Positions 25,589 through 35,711 of a DNA stretch of 56,225 nt are shown here, piece after piece. Position 1 is the stretch's first letter. Each line of letters opens with the position of its first letter. The notes beneath the pieces are model-generated. The model worked only from the letters and a program-made list of their open reading frames with translations. It had not been told where the DNA came from and made no database searches. Source of the stretch: a virus (lineage: Duplodnaviria > Caudoviricetes); the IMG/VR virus record IMGVR_UViG_3300006923_000027, positions 1 through 56,225 of that record; one strand, 5' to 3'. The translations under genes were made by a program, and so were the position numbers.

Positions 25589-28573
25589 ATGACTAAAAAA
25601 AGATTTAATCTTATAAAAGAAATATATAAGGCTAGTGCTTATTACGGATACCCATTTGAAGATTGGTTTGGTGGGAAAGAAAGAGTTTATATTTCTCTGA
25701 ATTCAGACTCAGCATGCAGAGAAAGGTCTGATATAAATAATGATTTGATAAAAAAATACCCAAAGGTTATTCACGTAGCAAATGCCCTTAAAGGGTCTTT
25801 TAACAGCGTTGATATGATTGATGGTATGGTATATGCCGAGAACAGAAGCAACAAGGTTATACCCTCTCTATCTTTGAAAGGGAAGACGTTTTTGTTGTTT
25901 GCAAAGAAAGAACTATATAGGGACAACTTTCTTTCAAGTATACCTCAGGAAAACTTTAAGATTAGCATAAAAGATTTAATAGGAAAAATCGCAACGCCTG
26001 AAGTCTTTCTTTCTAATAATTTTAAAATAAATTTAATAAATATATTTTCTGAGTTTTATGAAAACAAAACAGACGATACTTCTTTTGATGATTTAAATGT
26101 CGCTTCTTATTTATATCAAAAGCTAAGTCCTTTTAGTGAAGAATTTATTTTATTCTTAAATGATTCTAATAGAAAAGATACATCATCTGGATATTACGTT
26201 GCAATCTCTCATAACTATGATGATATAATAAATATGTCTAATGAAAGAAGATGGACATCTTGCACTTCAATTGGTGGTGCACATAAAGATGTTCCTTTCT
26301 GTGAAGTAAAGAGTGGAGCATTTATTGCCTACTTAATAAAAAAAGATGATGAGCTTATAGAAAATCCTTTGGCTAGAATACTTGTAAGAAGATTTGATTC
26401 TCAATCTGGAGAGTCTATTGCAATAGCAGAGGACAGTGTTTATGGGGAGAATATAGATGGCTTTCAAGAGACATTAGATAAATGGATAGAATCAAAACAA
26501 GGTGTAATAAAACCTGGTTTTTATTACAGAAAAGGTGGAGGGTATTCTGATACATTCAAAGAAAGTGCGAACTTATTTGGAGATTCTGAAGAACTAATAA
26601 GAGCTGCTTTAGAAAAAACAAAGGAAGAAGGTTTTGTTGCAAAGGATAGACTTAAGTTTACTTTTATGCCTAATTATTCTTATCATATAATGTCAAGCAA
26701 TATAACCATACTTAGTGGTTCTCCTTTCTTTTCGACAAAAGAAGAATTAAAAAAATCTTTAGAGAGTTTGTGTCCTGACAAACATGATGCTTATGATGTA
26801 GCCGAACTAATGAGAAATGAAAGAATGAAAGTTGAGCATGCTGGTATTGTTGATAACTTATCTTCAGACTGGCAAGATCAGTCAGAGTATGAGGCTGTAT
26901 ATGAGAGTTTGTATCAAACAAGATATGAAAAGATTCAATCTCAGATAGTAAAACTAGAAGATGATAAGTATGAAATAATGCAAGCTTTAGAGGATGGGAA
27001 AGACACTACTGATAATAAAGTTTGGGATGAAATGATGGCAAGTCACGACAAGATAGAAGAATTGATTGATGATCTTAACGAAAAAGAATATGACTTGCAT
27101 GATAATATAGAAGAAGAACTCGCCTTTTCAGAAGCAGAAGAAATGGTCAGAACAAAAGCCTATGATGTTATTGCGAGATTTGAAGTTGTAAGTATAAATA
27201 AAGAAGACTATGTTGAAAACATAAAAGAATACAACTCAGAAGGATTTCATTTTTCTTTAGGTGAACTTAAAAATGTTTCCAAAAGAAAAAACAATATACC
27301 AAAACAGATATGGCTTGATCAAAAATCATCTCTAAGCCCAGATACTTGGAATAATGCACTATTAAATGATCCAAACAAATTTGAAGATGAGTTTGCAAAT
27401 ATATTAGATGATATAGAAAAAGAAACTTTTTCTTTAGAGTCAGCTTTAGATAATGTATATATAGATATAAAAAGAGAGCTTGATGACACTTCTTCTTTGC
27501 AGTACAGGATAAGAGACTTTGAAAATATATTTGGTACTTCTAGGCAGGAGTCAAAAGGTAATTTTGTTCAGTCTGGTTTAAAAAGTAACAATGAGAATCT
27601 TTTAAGAAAGTCTAACGTTATTTTATCAAGATTTAATAGTCTTTTATCACATCTTATTGATATTTTTAATGATTATTTAAAACTAACATCAGACTTAACA
27701 GAAGAAGAACTTCTTTCAGCTCTAAATGTAAAATCATTGAACGAGGCTATTGAAATAATATCTGTAAGATATCTGTCTATTTTTGGTGATAGCTTGTATC
27801 CCATTCTTAATAATAGCTTGGCTGTACATTTAAAACCAGAAGTGCTTTCGAAACTTTTAAGTTTTAAAGATAATGTTTATAATTATGTAAAAAATATTTA
27901 TCAAAAGTTTTTACAGGGTACAGATGCTAACATGATCAACGCTAGCAAACTAGCAAATAACGTAAAAGGTATAGAGAGAATTTTTATTGCACCTTCTTAT
28001 GATATGTATTCTTTATACAAAGATGATGAAGTAATTAAAATATTAAATATGGTTTTAGGAATAGAGTACGGAGAATATAGTCTAAGTAAAAATATGGTTG
28101 ATAAGTATCTTAGTTCTAAAACAGGCTTTATAAGTTTAGATGCAATTAATTTCGAAAGAGATGTAATAAAGATTATCAAAGATAGAAATTTTACTGGAAT
28201 GACTTCTAGAAATCTAAGCTTAGATCAAGCTATAGATTGGGCTAGCAAAACAAAAGAAGGTAGAGAGTATTTAAAGGATTCACTTCTAGAGATCAATAGA
28301 CATCTAAGAAAAAGTTTGGTTCAATTCTCTGCAGAAATAAAAAGTGCTCATAAATCTTTAAAGGCTTTCGAGAAATCTTTTAAAGATGAGAACTTAGGAA
28401 ACATACTTAACCAAAAAAGAAGAACCGTTTTAAAGCATATAGAAGATGCCAAGACTCTTTTTAATGGAAATTACAAAAGGTATGTTGAAATAAATAAACT
28501 TTATGGTGTTACCAAACAATCTAGGTTAAATTTCTTTAAAAATTTATTTATAAAATATAGTGATAATCAATAG
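25589..28573 (+). CDS. large putative late/virion-associated protein (ISxxxxD..MS..W.SC domain, possibly PcfJ-like)
   Basis: 994 aa; TACTAATA upstream; motif ISHNYDDIINMSNERRWTSC...AYL...PLARILVR...VYG. Confidence 0.6.
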   Translation: MTKKRFNLIKEIYKASAYYGYPFEDWFGGKERVYISLNSDSACRERSDINNDLIKKYPKVIHVANALKGSFNSVDMIDGMVYAENRSNKVIPSLSLKGKTFLLFAKKELYRDNFLSSIPQENFKISIKDLIGKIATPEVFLSNNFKINLINIFSEFYENKTDDTSFDDLNVASYLYQKLSPFSEEFILFLNDSNRKDTSSGYYVAISHNYDDIINMSNERRWTSCTSIGGAHKDVPFCEVKSGAFIAYLIKKDDELIENPLARILVRRFDSQSGESIAIAEDSVYGENIDGFQETLDKWIESKQGVIKPGFYYRKGGGYSDTFKESANLFGDSEELIRAALEKTKEEGFVAKDRLKFTFMPNYSYHIMSSNITILSGSPFFSTKEELKKSLESLCPDKHDAYDVAELMRNERMKVEHAGIVDNLSSDWQDQSEYEAVYESLYQTRYEKIQSQIVKLEDDKYEIMQALEDGKDTTDNKVWDEMMASHDKIEELIDDLNEKEYDLHDNIEEELAFSEAEEMVRTKAYDVIARFEVVSINKEDYVENIKEYNSEGFHFSLGELKNVSKRKNNIPKQIWLDQKSSLSPDTWNNALLNDPNKFEDEFANILDDIEKETFSLESALDNVYIDIKRELDDTSSLQYRIRDFENIFGTSRQESKGNFVQSGLKSNNENLLRKSNVILSRFNSLLSHLIDIFNDYLKLTSDLTEEELLSALNVKSLNEAIEIISVRYLSIFGDSLYPILNNSLAVHLKPEVLSKLLSFKDNVYNYVKNIYQKFLQGTDANMINASKLANNVKGIERIFIAPSYDMYSLYKDDEVIKILNMVLGIEYGEYSLSKNMVDKYLSSKTGFISLDAINFERDVIKIIKDRNFTGMTSRNLSLDQAIDWASKTKEGREYLKDSLLEINRHLRKSLVQFSAEIKSAHKSLKAFEKSFKDENLGNILNQKRRTVLKHIEDAKTLFNGNYKRYVEINKLYGVTKQSRLNFFKNLFIKYSDNQ

Positions 28574-28748
28574 TTTTTAGTTTTAGTATATAATTTGCAT
28601 ATAAAGTATTCGATGTTTTTATATAGATTCTTGAAAATTTATATAAAGTTTATAAAAAACTTCAGATTTTTTATGAAAGATGAATATGATATATACTGAA
28701 AATAAAGAACACATAATAATAAAAAGAAATATATAAAAGGAGTATTAC

Positions 28749-29477
28749 ATGAATAACAAACTTATAGACTTAATTACAGAGTTAACTATTATCGCAAATA
28801 AACTTGATCAAAAAGGTCACACAAAGAAAGCTGATGAATTAGATGGAAAGATAGTAAAAATTTCTGCTATGTTATCAAATGATGTATTGGCAAAGTATAA
28901 AAACTTTAAAGCATCAGGGGAAGAGGACACTATCTTAGGGGAAAATATTACAAGTCAAATGGAAATTAATCCTTCTGCTTACTTAAAAGATTTAGATCAG
29001 AACTTCATAAATATCATTTTGGGTTATGCTGAAGCTGGAGATAATGAGGCTGGAGAGTATCTTAAGATGATAATAAATAATGAGGAAACTGACTTAGCAT
29101 TTGAAAGACAAATGAATCCAGAATCAACAGAAGTTGATGCTAGAAAAAAACAGTTAAATAAGTATTTATTAGACGAATCAGATGTTATAAAAAGACAAGG
29201 AGATCCTTACGAATATATTTATGATATATATTCCGATAGCTTCATTGTGATTAAAGCTCCAAAAGACAGACAGAAAGCTGTTGGGGCAAAACTAGGTAGG
29301 GATCACAAAGCCTATGAAACTTTAGCTGAAGATATATATAATATAAAGGGCGAGGAATATCTTAAGAATTTAGTAAAGAAAACAAAAAGAGACTTTTTAA
29401 AAAGCAATACTTTTTTAAATAGAGAAGGCGACCTTATGGCAAGACATAGCATTTCAACAGAGGATATAATTGGTTAA
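28749..29477 (+). CDS. putative internal virion protein with N-terminal ANKLDQKG...ADELD motif
   Basis: Motif shared with 33977, 45217 and 50160. Confidence 0.65.
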   Translation: MNNKLIDLITELTIIANKLDQKGHTKKADELDGKIVKISAMLSNDVLAKYKNFKASGEEDTILGENITSQMEINPSAYLKDLDQNFINIILGYAEAGDNEAGEYLKMIINNEETDLAFERQMNPESTEVDARKKQLNKYLLDESDVIKRQGDPYEYIYDIYSDSFIVIKAPKDRQKAVGAKLGRDHKAYETLAEDIYNIKGEEYLKNLVKKTKRDFLKSNTFLNREGDLMARHSISTEDIIG

Positions 29478-29494
29478 TAATTATCATATCTAAA

Positions 29495-29785
29495 ATGCTC
29501 TCAAGTAAAATAAAACTATCGGATTGGTCTAGCAAAACAACTTGTGACTTCTTACAGCATGAGGAGATAGTTAGATATTACAAAGTGGGAAAAACAGTTA
29601 ATATAGTTGGCTATATTAGACCTACTCATTTGAAGTCACCATATAAGTGGGTTGGTGTAATATGGGATGTGAAAAACCAAGAGGCTCCTAATAGAGTTTA
29701 TCATAATGACTTAGATGTTTTAAAGTTTAAAGTAGATTTATTGTTAAGTGAGGTTGGGTACATAGTATCAAAGCTGGGCTCTTAA
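29495..29785 (+). CDS. family member (subfamily 2)
   Basis: DLDVLKFKVDLLLSEVGY. Confidence 0.8.
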   Translation: MLSSKIKLSDWSSKTTCDFLQHEEIVRYYKVGKTVNIVGYIRPTHLKSPYKWVGVIWDVKNQEAPNRVYHNDLDVLKFKVDLLLSEVGYIVSKLGS

Positions 29786-30108
29786 TGACACAAGTTACAA
29801 GATGGATGAGGTTACGATTGACAGATCGTAATCATATATACTTTAGAAGATATATCTTTAAAGAAGGTATAATAAAAAAGAGGAACTGCGCTATGGTCTG
29901 GTGGCCTCAAAACTCCAAGGTGTTTAAAAGTAAAGTGTGGATTAAAACTAAAAATTCTAAGTTTTTTTATAAAGAGATTGAGAGTCTTTCTTTAGAAGAA
30001 GCCTTTTTCAAAATAAATCTGTTATTAAATAAGTTTAATTATAACATAGATATATTTGATATCAGTTATATAGATGTTGATTTTGATGAGTATATAGGAG
30101 ATTTTTAA
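29785..30108 (+). CDS. family member (subfamily 2)
   Basis: SLEEAFFKINLLLNKFNY. Confidence 0.75.
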   Translation: MTQVTRWMRLRLTDRNHIYFRRYIFKEGIIKKRNCAMVWWPQNSKVFKSKVWIKTKNSKFFYKEIESLSLEEAFFKINLLLNKFNYNIDIFDISYIDVDFDEYIGDF

Positions 30109-30416
30109 TGGAATTGTTTGACTGGGAAAAAAACTCTAATGATGTTGGTTGTGCTTATAACTCAAATAAGTTTTATCCAATATCAAGATCTTATTTTGAC
30201 AAAGAAGACTTGGAATATAAAGTTGCTTGTTTGGTGTGGGTTAAGAAAGACACAGACAAGGCCTTTGCTTCGGTTATAATAGACAGATCAAGAAACAAAA
30301 GGGGTAAGGTAACAGTTGACAAGCTTAACGCCCCTATGAGTCCATTGTTAGAATGCCTTAAGATGGATATAAAATTAAAAGAGCTTGGCTTTTCATATAA
30401 GAAGCTTGGGATGTGA
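30108..30416 (+). CDS. family member (subfamily 2)
   Basis: LKMDIKLKELGF. Confidence 0.8.
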   Translation: MELFDWEKNSNDVGCAYNSNKFYPISRSYFDKEDLEYKVACLVWVKKDTDKAFASVIIDRSRNKRGKVTVDKLNAPMSPLLECLKMDIKLKELGFSYKKLGM

Positions 30417-30417
30417 A

Positions 30418-30765
30418 ATGAGTAAGGAAGTTTATTACAGAGATTATGATGGAAGAAAGCTTGTAAAAGAAGAAGACTTAAGAAGTTTAGGTGGCTGGGA
30501 GACTGATCCTTTAATAAAACCAGAAAATTTTTATAAAATTAATAAAATTGGGCATATAATAATAAGGATAATAAAAAGAGATGATGATTTGTTTTATGTC
30601 ACGATAAAAAAATTGTGGGAACCAAATAAAGAATTGGTTACATACTTTGCTATCGAACTAAAGAAAGTAAGCTCTTTGATGGAAGCAAAACTCAAATCCG
30701 AAATAATGGCAAGAGAGTTTGGATACAAACAAGAAATGACTCTAGGTCTAAATAAAAAAAAATGA
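30418..30765 (+). CDS. family member (subfamily 2)
   Basis: EAKLKSEIMAREFGY. Confidence 0.8.
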   Translation: MSKEVYYRDYDGRKLVKEEDLRSLGGWETDPLIKPENFYKINKIGHIIIRIIKRDDDLFYVTIKKLWEPNKELVTYFAIELKKVSSLMEAKLKSEIMAREFGYKQEMTLGLNKKK

Positions 30766-31040
30766 TACTTACTAATTGGGAATTTACAACAAATGAAAAA
30801 AAAGATGCTGCTTGTACAGGATATTGGATGCGTAAAGAAGAAGATACAAATATAGAGGTTGTAAGGGTCGTTTCATCTCTTGGTATGTATGTGGTATACA
30901 TAAACGATGTAAGCGTTCTTAAAAGCAAGAATAAGCAGTTTAAAATAGAATTATTTGAAACAATAGAACAAGCAAGACTTTGGTGCGATTTAAGATTAAA
31001 TGATTTGGGATATAAATTTATATTTTCGGGGGGACTATGA
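30762..31040 (+). CDS. family member (subfamily 2)
   Basis: QARLWCDLRLNDLGY. Confidence 0.8.
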   Translation: MILTNWEFTTNEKKDAACTGYWMRKEEDTNIEVVRVVSSLGMYVVYINDVSVLKSKNKQFKIELFETIEQARLWCDLRLNDLGYKFIFSGGL

Positions 31041-31279
31041 AGATAACAGACTGGGTAAAGAAAGGAACTTCTTATTATAGATTTGATGATAAAGGAGAAG
31101 AAGTTTGCGAAATTCATTTATCCTATAAAGATAAAAAAACATTTGTCTGTTATTATGAAGACTTTTTTTCAAAAGATTATTCTTATTTTGAATGTAACGA
31201 TTTAAACCTATGCAAATTAAATGCTGACATGATATTGAGAAAGATGGGATATGTATTTGACTTTATGGGCGGACTATAA
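31037..31279 (+). CDS. family member (subfamily 2)
   Basis: LCKLNADMILRKMGY. Confidence 0.8.
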   Translation: MKITDWVKKGTSYYRFDDKGEEVCEIHLSYKDKKTFVCYYEDFFSKDYSYFECNDLNLCKLNADMILRKMGYVFDFMGGL

Positions 31280-31722
31280 TGAAACCTTTCTTTTATGACG
31301 TAAGAGATGTAAGTTCTTATAATTATATAAAAAAAATGAAGAGAGAAATCCTCAATCAATATAAGTATGACGAAGAAGACTTTAAAGATTTATATCATAA
31401 AGAGGTTGATAAAGAAACTTTTTTGTTTCTGGGAGATATAACCTCTATGAAAAACGAAGGCATATATAACGATAACGATTTTTATTCAACCCATATAAGA
31501 ACAAATTATTATGGTATAAATTTGGGCTTTATTTTGGAGTTTGAAAAAGGTGACTGCTTTATAAGCGTTTATGATATTGAGTTCAAAGAAAAAGAAGATT
31601 ATGTTCTTATAAGACTGGATAAGATTGCTTTCCATTCGGAGAATATAAATAAAGCGAAACTGATGATGGATATAAAATTAAAAGAAAAAGGTTATAAGTT
31701 TGAATTTAAAGGTGGCGTATGA
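31279..31722 (+). CDS. family member (subfamily 2, N-terminal extension)
   Basis: KAKLMMDIKLKEKGY. Confidence 0.8.
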   Translation: MKPFFYDVRDVSSYNYIKKMKREILNQYKYDEEDFKDLYHKEVDKETFLFLGDITSMKNEGIYNDNDFYSTHIRTNYYGINLGFILEFEKGDCFISVYDIEFKEKEDYVLIRLDKIAFHSENINKAKLMMDIKLKEKGYKFEFKGGV

Positions 31723-32024
31723 TTAAGATAGGAGAGTGGAGCAATCAAAGCTATGGAGATTTTGTAGTTTGGGAGAGGGTTTTAGAAGAAGAAAGATTTC
31801 CTTTTACGGTTGCGATAATAAAAGAAGTTTGTAATGAATATAATTGCGAGATATTTTTATATACAACTGAGGCTTTAAAGATGATAAGAAGGGAAACACC
31901 TAAGTTTTTAAAATTGGAGAAGAAAATTTTTGTAGAGAGAGATTTAGATGTATTAAAGTTTAAAGCTGATCTGTTTTTATTTTTAGAAGGATATTCTTTT
32001 GAGTTCTTAGGTAAGTCACAATGA
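31719..32024 (+). CDS. family member (subfamily 2)
   Basis: DLDVLKFKADLFLFLEGY. Confidence 0.8.
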   Translation: MIKIGEWSNQSYGDFVVWERVLEEERFPFTVAIIKEVCNEYNCEIFLYTTEALKMIRRETPKFLKLEKKIFVERDLDVLKFKADLFLFLEGYSFEFLGKSQ

Positions 32025-32356
32025 AGGACAACAAGGTCGAGGCTTGGGCTAGGCAGGACTGGAGACTGCATGGGACATACCATTACAATTTTAACGCATT
32101 ATTTAAGCTATGTAGAGTCTTGGTCAGATACCCCTATAAAGATTATCATTATCCTTTAGCCCTGATAGGAATACGTAAAAGTAACAATCTAATACATACA
32201 CAAAGAATATATAATTTAAAAGGCAGAAAGCCATACCAGACATATTCTATCAAAGAGTCAAACCATAAAGGCAACTTGGAAATGATAAAGTTCAAGATAG
32301 ACTTGGAACTACTCGAAATGGGATATGACTTAGATGGGCTTTCTTTTGGTATATAG
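32021..32356 (+). CDS. family member (subfamily 2)
   Basis: MIKFKIDLELLEMGY. Confidence 0.8.
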   Translation: MKDNKVEAWARQDWRLHGTYHYNFNALFKLCRVLVRYPYKDYHYPLALIGIRKSNNLIHTQRIYNLKGRKPYQTYSIKESNHKGNLEMIKFKIDLELLEMGYDLDGLSFGI

Positions 32357-32608
32357 ATATATTAGATTAACATTATAAATAAAATTTATTTTAATATGTA
32401 TATAATCTTACTATCTAACTTAATCTTACTTTGGGTTACTGACCAACATAGGTTACATAAGGCTACATTGTTCAGCCCTTTGGGCTGTGGGTTTTGTTTT
32501 TGTTGCGTTCCGTTTAGTTTTGGTTTAAGTAAGGGCAAGGGCTTTTAAGTCCTTGTTATTGATTGAAAAGAAAATATACTTATATAAAAATATAAAAAGA
32601 GGCTGGTT

Positions 32609-33034
32609 ATGAATAAGAAAGGTATAATTGCAGGTTGTTTTGATATTATACATCCTGGATATATAAAGATGTTTAAGGAGGCTTCTGATAACTGCAATCA
32701 TTTAATTATAGCTTTACATAGCGATCCATCTATCGAGAGGCCAAATAAATTAAAGCCTTTGTTAAGTTTAGAGGATAGGAAATCTATTCTTTCTAGTATA
32801 AGGTTTATAGATCAGATTGTAGTGTATGATACAGAAGAAGATTTGCATAACTTAATAGAGAGTTTAAGTCCTACGATAAGATTTCAAGGTGATGACTATA
32901 GAGGTCGAACAGACTATACTGGTTTTGGTTTATGTCCTGAAGTTTATTTTTTTAATAGAGATCATGGCTGGTCATCAACTAAGTTCAAGCGAGCAATTTG
33001 GGAACAGGTTGAGGAAGTAAAGAATAATCAATAA
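32609..33034 (+). CDS. cytidylyltransferase-like nucleotidyltransferase (TagD/RfaE domain II type)
   Basis: GCFDIIHPGY (HxGH-like), KP...R, G-D-Y, SSTK motifs. Confidence 0.85.
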   Translation: MNKKGIIAGCFDIIHPGYIKMFKEASDNCNHLIIALHSDPSIERPNKLKPLLSLEDRKSILSSIRFIDQIVVYDTEEDLHNLIESLSPTIRFQGDDYRGRTDYTGFGLCPEVYFFNRDHGWSSTKFKRAIWEQVEEVKNNQ

Positions 33035-33096
33035 AATTTAATAAGCCTTAATATATCTGCGTATTATATATGTAGGACGCTGGAGGTATTGAGCAT

Positions 33097-33576
33097 ATGG
33101 TTATTGTAAACAAATATAATATAGAAAAGATTTCTGAGGAGATTTATAATTTTCTTTTGTCTAGATCAAAAGCAATATTAAAAAGAGTTGTAAACATTCA
33201 AGATCCTGAGTTGAATTTAAAAGAAGTTGATATTGTAATGAATAAAATATCTTTTGAGAAAAAGATAGGAGGAAGTCGTTTTATTTTATCTGGATTTACA
33301 GAAGACGCTTTATTGTATCTTCCAGAGCCGATTTTTAAAGAAGAGTTTATAGATTTCTTAGTTAATACTGGGTCAGCTCATTCTTCTTGTGTTTTATTTA
33401 AAGATTTAGATGAGGCTGTTGATGGCTGTTTATTTCTTATGGGTACAGCTAATGAGTTATCTATGGAGTTAGTTGTGAATTTAGTTTATATTTTTGCATT
33501 AAGCTTAGAGCATAAGCATGAGGATTATTCTCTTTCTTTTCTTCCATTGCCTATTAACTTTGAAGATTATGATTAG
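33097..33576 (+). CDS. hypothetical protein
   Basis: GGAGG RBS. Confidence 0.75.
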   Translation: MVIVNKYNIEKISEEIYNFLLSRSKAILKRVVNIQDPELNLKEVDIVMNKISFEKKIGGSRFILSGFTEDALLYLPEPIFKEEFIDFLVNTGSAHSSCVLFKDLDEAVDGCLFLMGTANELSMELVVNLVYIFALSLEHKHEDYSLSFLPLPINFEDYD

Positions 33577-33977
33577 TAGAGTTCAATTAAGCAAAGTCCT
33601 GTTTGAGGGTATCTTGTTGCTTTGACTTCATCTAATATTTTATTATCTCCGACATAGATAGGATCTATTAGTTCACAGAGTTTTTGATCTTCACAAACAT
33701 CTTCAGTATATTTTGTAAGAATGTTTAATATGTTATTAAAGTCATCGTCTGATTCGCAATTAATTGTATAAATATATTTTTCATCATCTTCATTGTATGT
33801 GGTTGACCCTCCACCGATTATTTCTTGAAAGAAACTTTGAGGAGACTTTACATTTAATTCTTCTTGAGCAATTTTATTTCTTATTAAGTCGTCAATTTTA
33901 TCTGCGAGTTTAAAGTTATTATTTATATCAGCTTGATTCGCTTTTTTTATTAGTTTTATTATCTGATCAGTAAGCAT
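33573..33977 (-). CDS. putative internal virion protein with N-terminal ANQAD...LADKID motif
   Basis: GGAG RBS and TACTAATA upstream on the minus strand. Confidence 0.7.
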   Translation of the reverse strand: MLTDQIIKLIKKANQADINNNFKLADKIDDLIRNKIAQEELNVKSPQSFFQEIIGGGSTTYNEDDEKYIYTINCESDDDFNNILNILTKYTEDVCEDQKLCELIDPIYVGDNKILDEVKATRYPQTGLCLIELY

Positions 33978-34037
33978 TTTACAATCTCCATATTTATAGT
34001 AAGTAAATATATTAGTAACAAAAAGGTTTAAAAAACA

Positions 34038-34280
34038 ATGTTTTTAACAAAATGGATAGAGGAAGATACTCTTTTTGTCAGAAGGGATAAAGACCAAGAG
34101 ATAGTTTCAGCAATAGCACTTACTGATGAAAAAGAAAATTGGTATTGTGGATATATAAGGTTGCCAAAATCGGAGAAGAAATTCGAAGAAGTAAAGGTAT
34201 TTAACGATCTTTTAAGATTAAAAATGATGTTAGATATAAAACTTATAGAGTTCGGATATAAAATTTCTGTAGGAATATAA
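34038..34280 (+). CDS. family member (subfamily 2)
   Basis: LKMMLDIKLIEFGY. Confidence 0.8.
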   Translation: MFLTKWIEEDTLFVRRDKDQEIVSAIALTDEKENWYCGYIRLPKSEKKFEEVKVFNDLLRLKMMLDIKLIEFGYKISVGI

Positions 34281-34289
34281 AAAATAATT

Positions 34290-34339
34290 TGAAAAACTTA
34301 TCCTAAAAACTTGACAGATTAAAAGGCATGGGTTATACT
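34290..34339 (+). promoter_or_regulatory. sigma70 promoter with shared upstream element
   Basis: TTGACA-17bp-TATACT; first 27 bp identical to 42389-42415. Confidence 0.8.
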
Positions 34340-34406
34340 ATATACATGGGCATGGGATCGCCTTGTTCTTTATTTTATAGCCTAAGGCAAAAAAGGATTT
34401 AGTTTA

Positions 34407-35393
34407 ATGAAAAAATCAAATAAGCAAAAATTAAAAGAAAGGATATTAAAAGTAGAGGATTCTCTTATGAGTTCTTACTATGATACATTTCTTTACAAAA
34501 AGAACTCTGAACAAATAAGAGCTTTTACAAGTTCTTATTCCATGGTGAAAACTGACGATTTAGAACAAATCACAAGAGTTGCAGATTTTGTTATAGAAAA
34601 CCTATCGTCATTTAAGTTTTTATGTAAGCATAAAAAATATAACAGATCCGTATATCATACTACAGCTAGTTCTTATTATAGGACACAGTCTATAAATAGT
34701 CAGTTACTCAATCATAATCAAAAGAACGAAAGGCCTTATCTTAAAGGATTAGAAATAATAACTAGACAAACTCTTTTAGGTCTTTCTTTTCGAGTCATCT
34801 GTCTTGCAACTAGATTTAATTTATCTTTGCAAAATTATGTTTATAAAAATGCATCTGATTATTTTAAAATATTTCTTACTTCTCAATTAACAGATCTTGA
34901 GTTAGAAAGAAAAGGAAAGTTGTTTTGGCATTATCAATTAAAAAATGCTACGACAGACAGATACAGAAGACATTGTTATAAGAGAGTTAGTAAAGAATCG
35001 TTATCTAACTTTTTAGAAAACAAATATGACTTTAGTCTACCATCTAGTTTGGAATGGTTTTTGATTGGACATAAATTATATTCAAGATTTGAATTGAATA
35101 ATTTTAAAACGTTTGGACAGTTCAAGTCTAGTGAGAAACATAAGTTTGAAGAAAATATAAGTGACTTAATAGAAATATGGAAAATAGCAAATTGTAACTG
35201 GCAAGGTTTTTCTTTAATAGAAGAAGCTATTCTTTCTTCAGAAAAAGAACCTTATTATCTTATGGGATATGCTGTTGAAATAAGAGAGGCTTATTCTGAT
35301 AATTCCAAAAATGCAAACTGGCTTTCTTGGAGAATATCTAACATTGAAAGTAGCATAAGGTCAAAGTTAGCATTTGCAAAGATAAAAGCATAA
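34407..35393 (+). CDS. helical hypothetical protein
   Basis: 328-aa ORF after promoter. Confidence 0.8.
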   Translation: MKKSNKQKLKERILKVEDSLMSSYYDTFLYKKNSEQIRAFTSSYSMVKTDDLEQITRVADFVIENLSSFKFLCKHKKYNRSVYHTTASSYYRTQSINSQLLNHNQKNERPYLKGLEIITRQTLLGLSFRVICLATRFNLSLQNYVYKNASDYFKIFLTSQLTDLELERKGKLFWHYQLKNATTDRYRRHCYKRVSKESLSNFLENKYDFSLPSSLEWFLIGHKLYSRFELNNFKTFGQFKSSEKHKFEENISDLIEIWKIANCNWQGFSLIEEAILSSEKEPYYLMGYAVEIREAYSDNSKNANWLSWRISNIESSIRSKLAFAKIKA

Positions 35394-35701
35394 TGCAAGG
35401 CTGGATTGTTGACTTGGCATCTAAATATATCTTATATAGGCAGTTCAAGAGAATTGATAACGTCTATATAAGATATTGTTTTATTTATTATCACAATGGT
35501 TATTTTGTAGGTCAGATAAACAGAAAGAAGAAAGTTATAATAAAGTCTTTGAGTTTGTTTGATTTGGTAATAAAGATAGACAAGGTGCTTCTTTCTTACG
35601 GTGTTATTATAAAAGCAGGAAGTATATATACAAAGCCTTATGACAGTAAGGGTTTAAGTTCTTTGTGTAAAGATATAGATAAAAAATTAGGAATAATATA
35701 G
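35393..35701 (+). CDS. family member (divergent)
   Basis: DLVIKIDKVLLSYGV; similar to 37139. Confidence 0.7.
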   Translation: MQGWIVDLASKYILYRQFKRIDNVYIRYCFIYYHNGYFVGQINRKKKVIIKSLSLFDLVIKIDKVLLSYGVIIKAGSIYTKPYDSKGLSSLCKDIDKKLGII

Positions 35702-35711
35702 AGGATAACAT

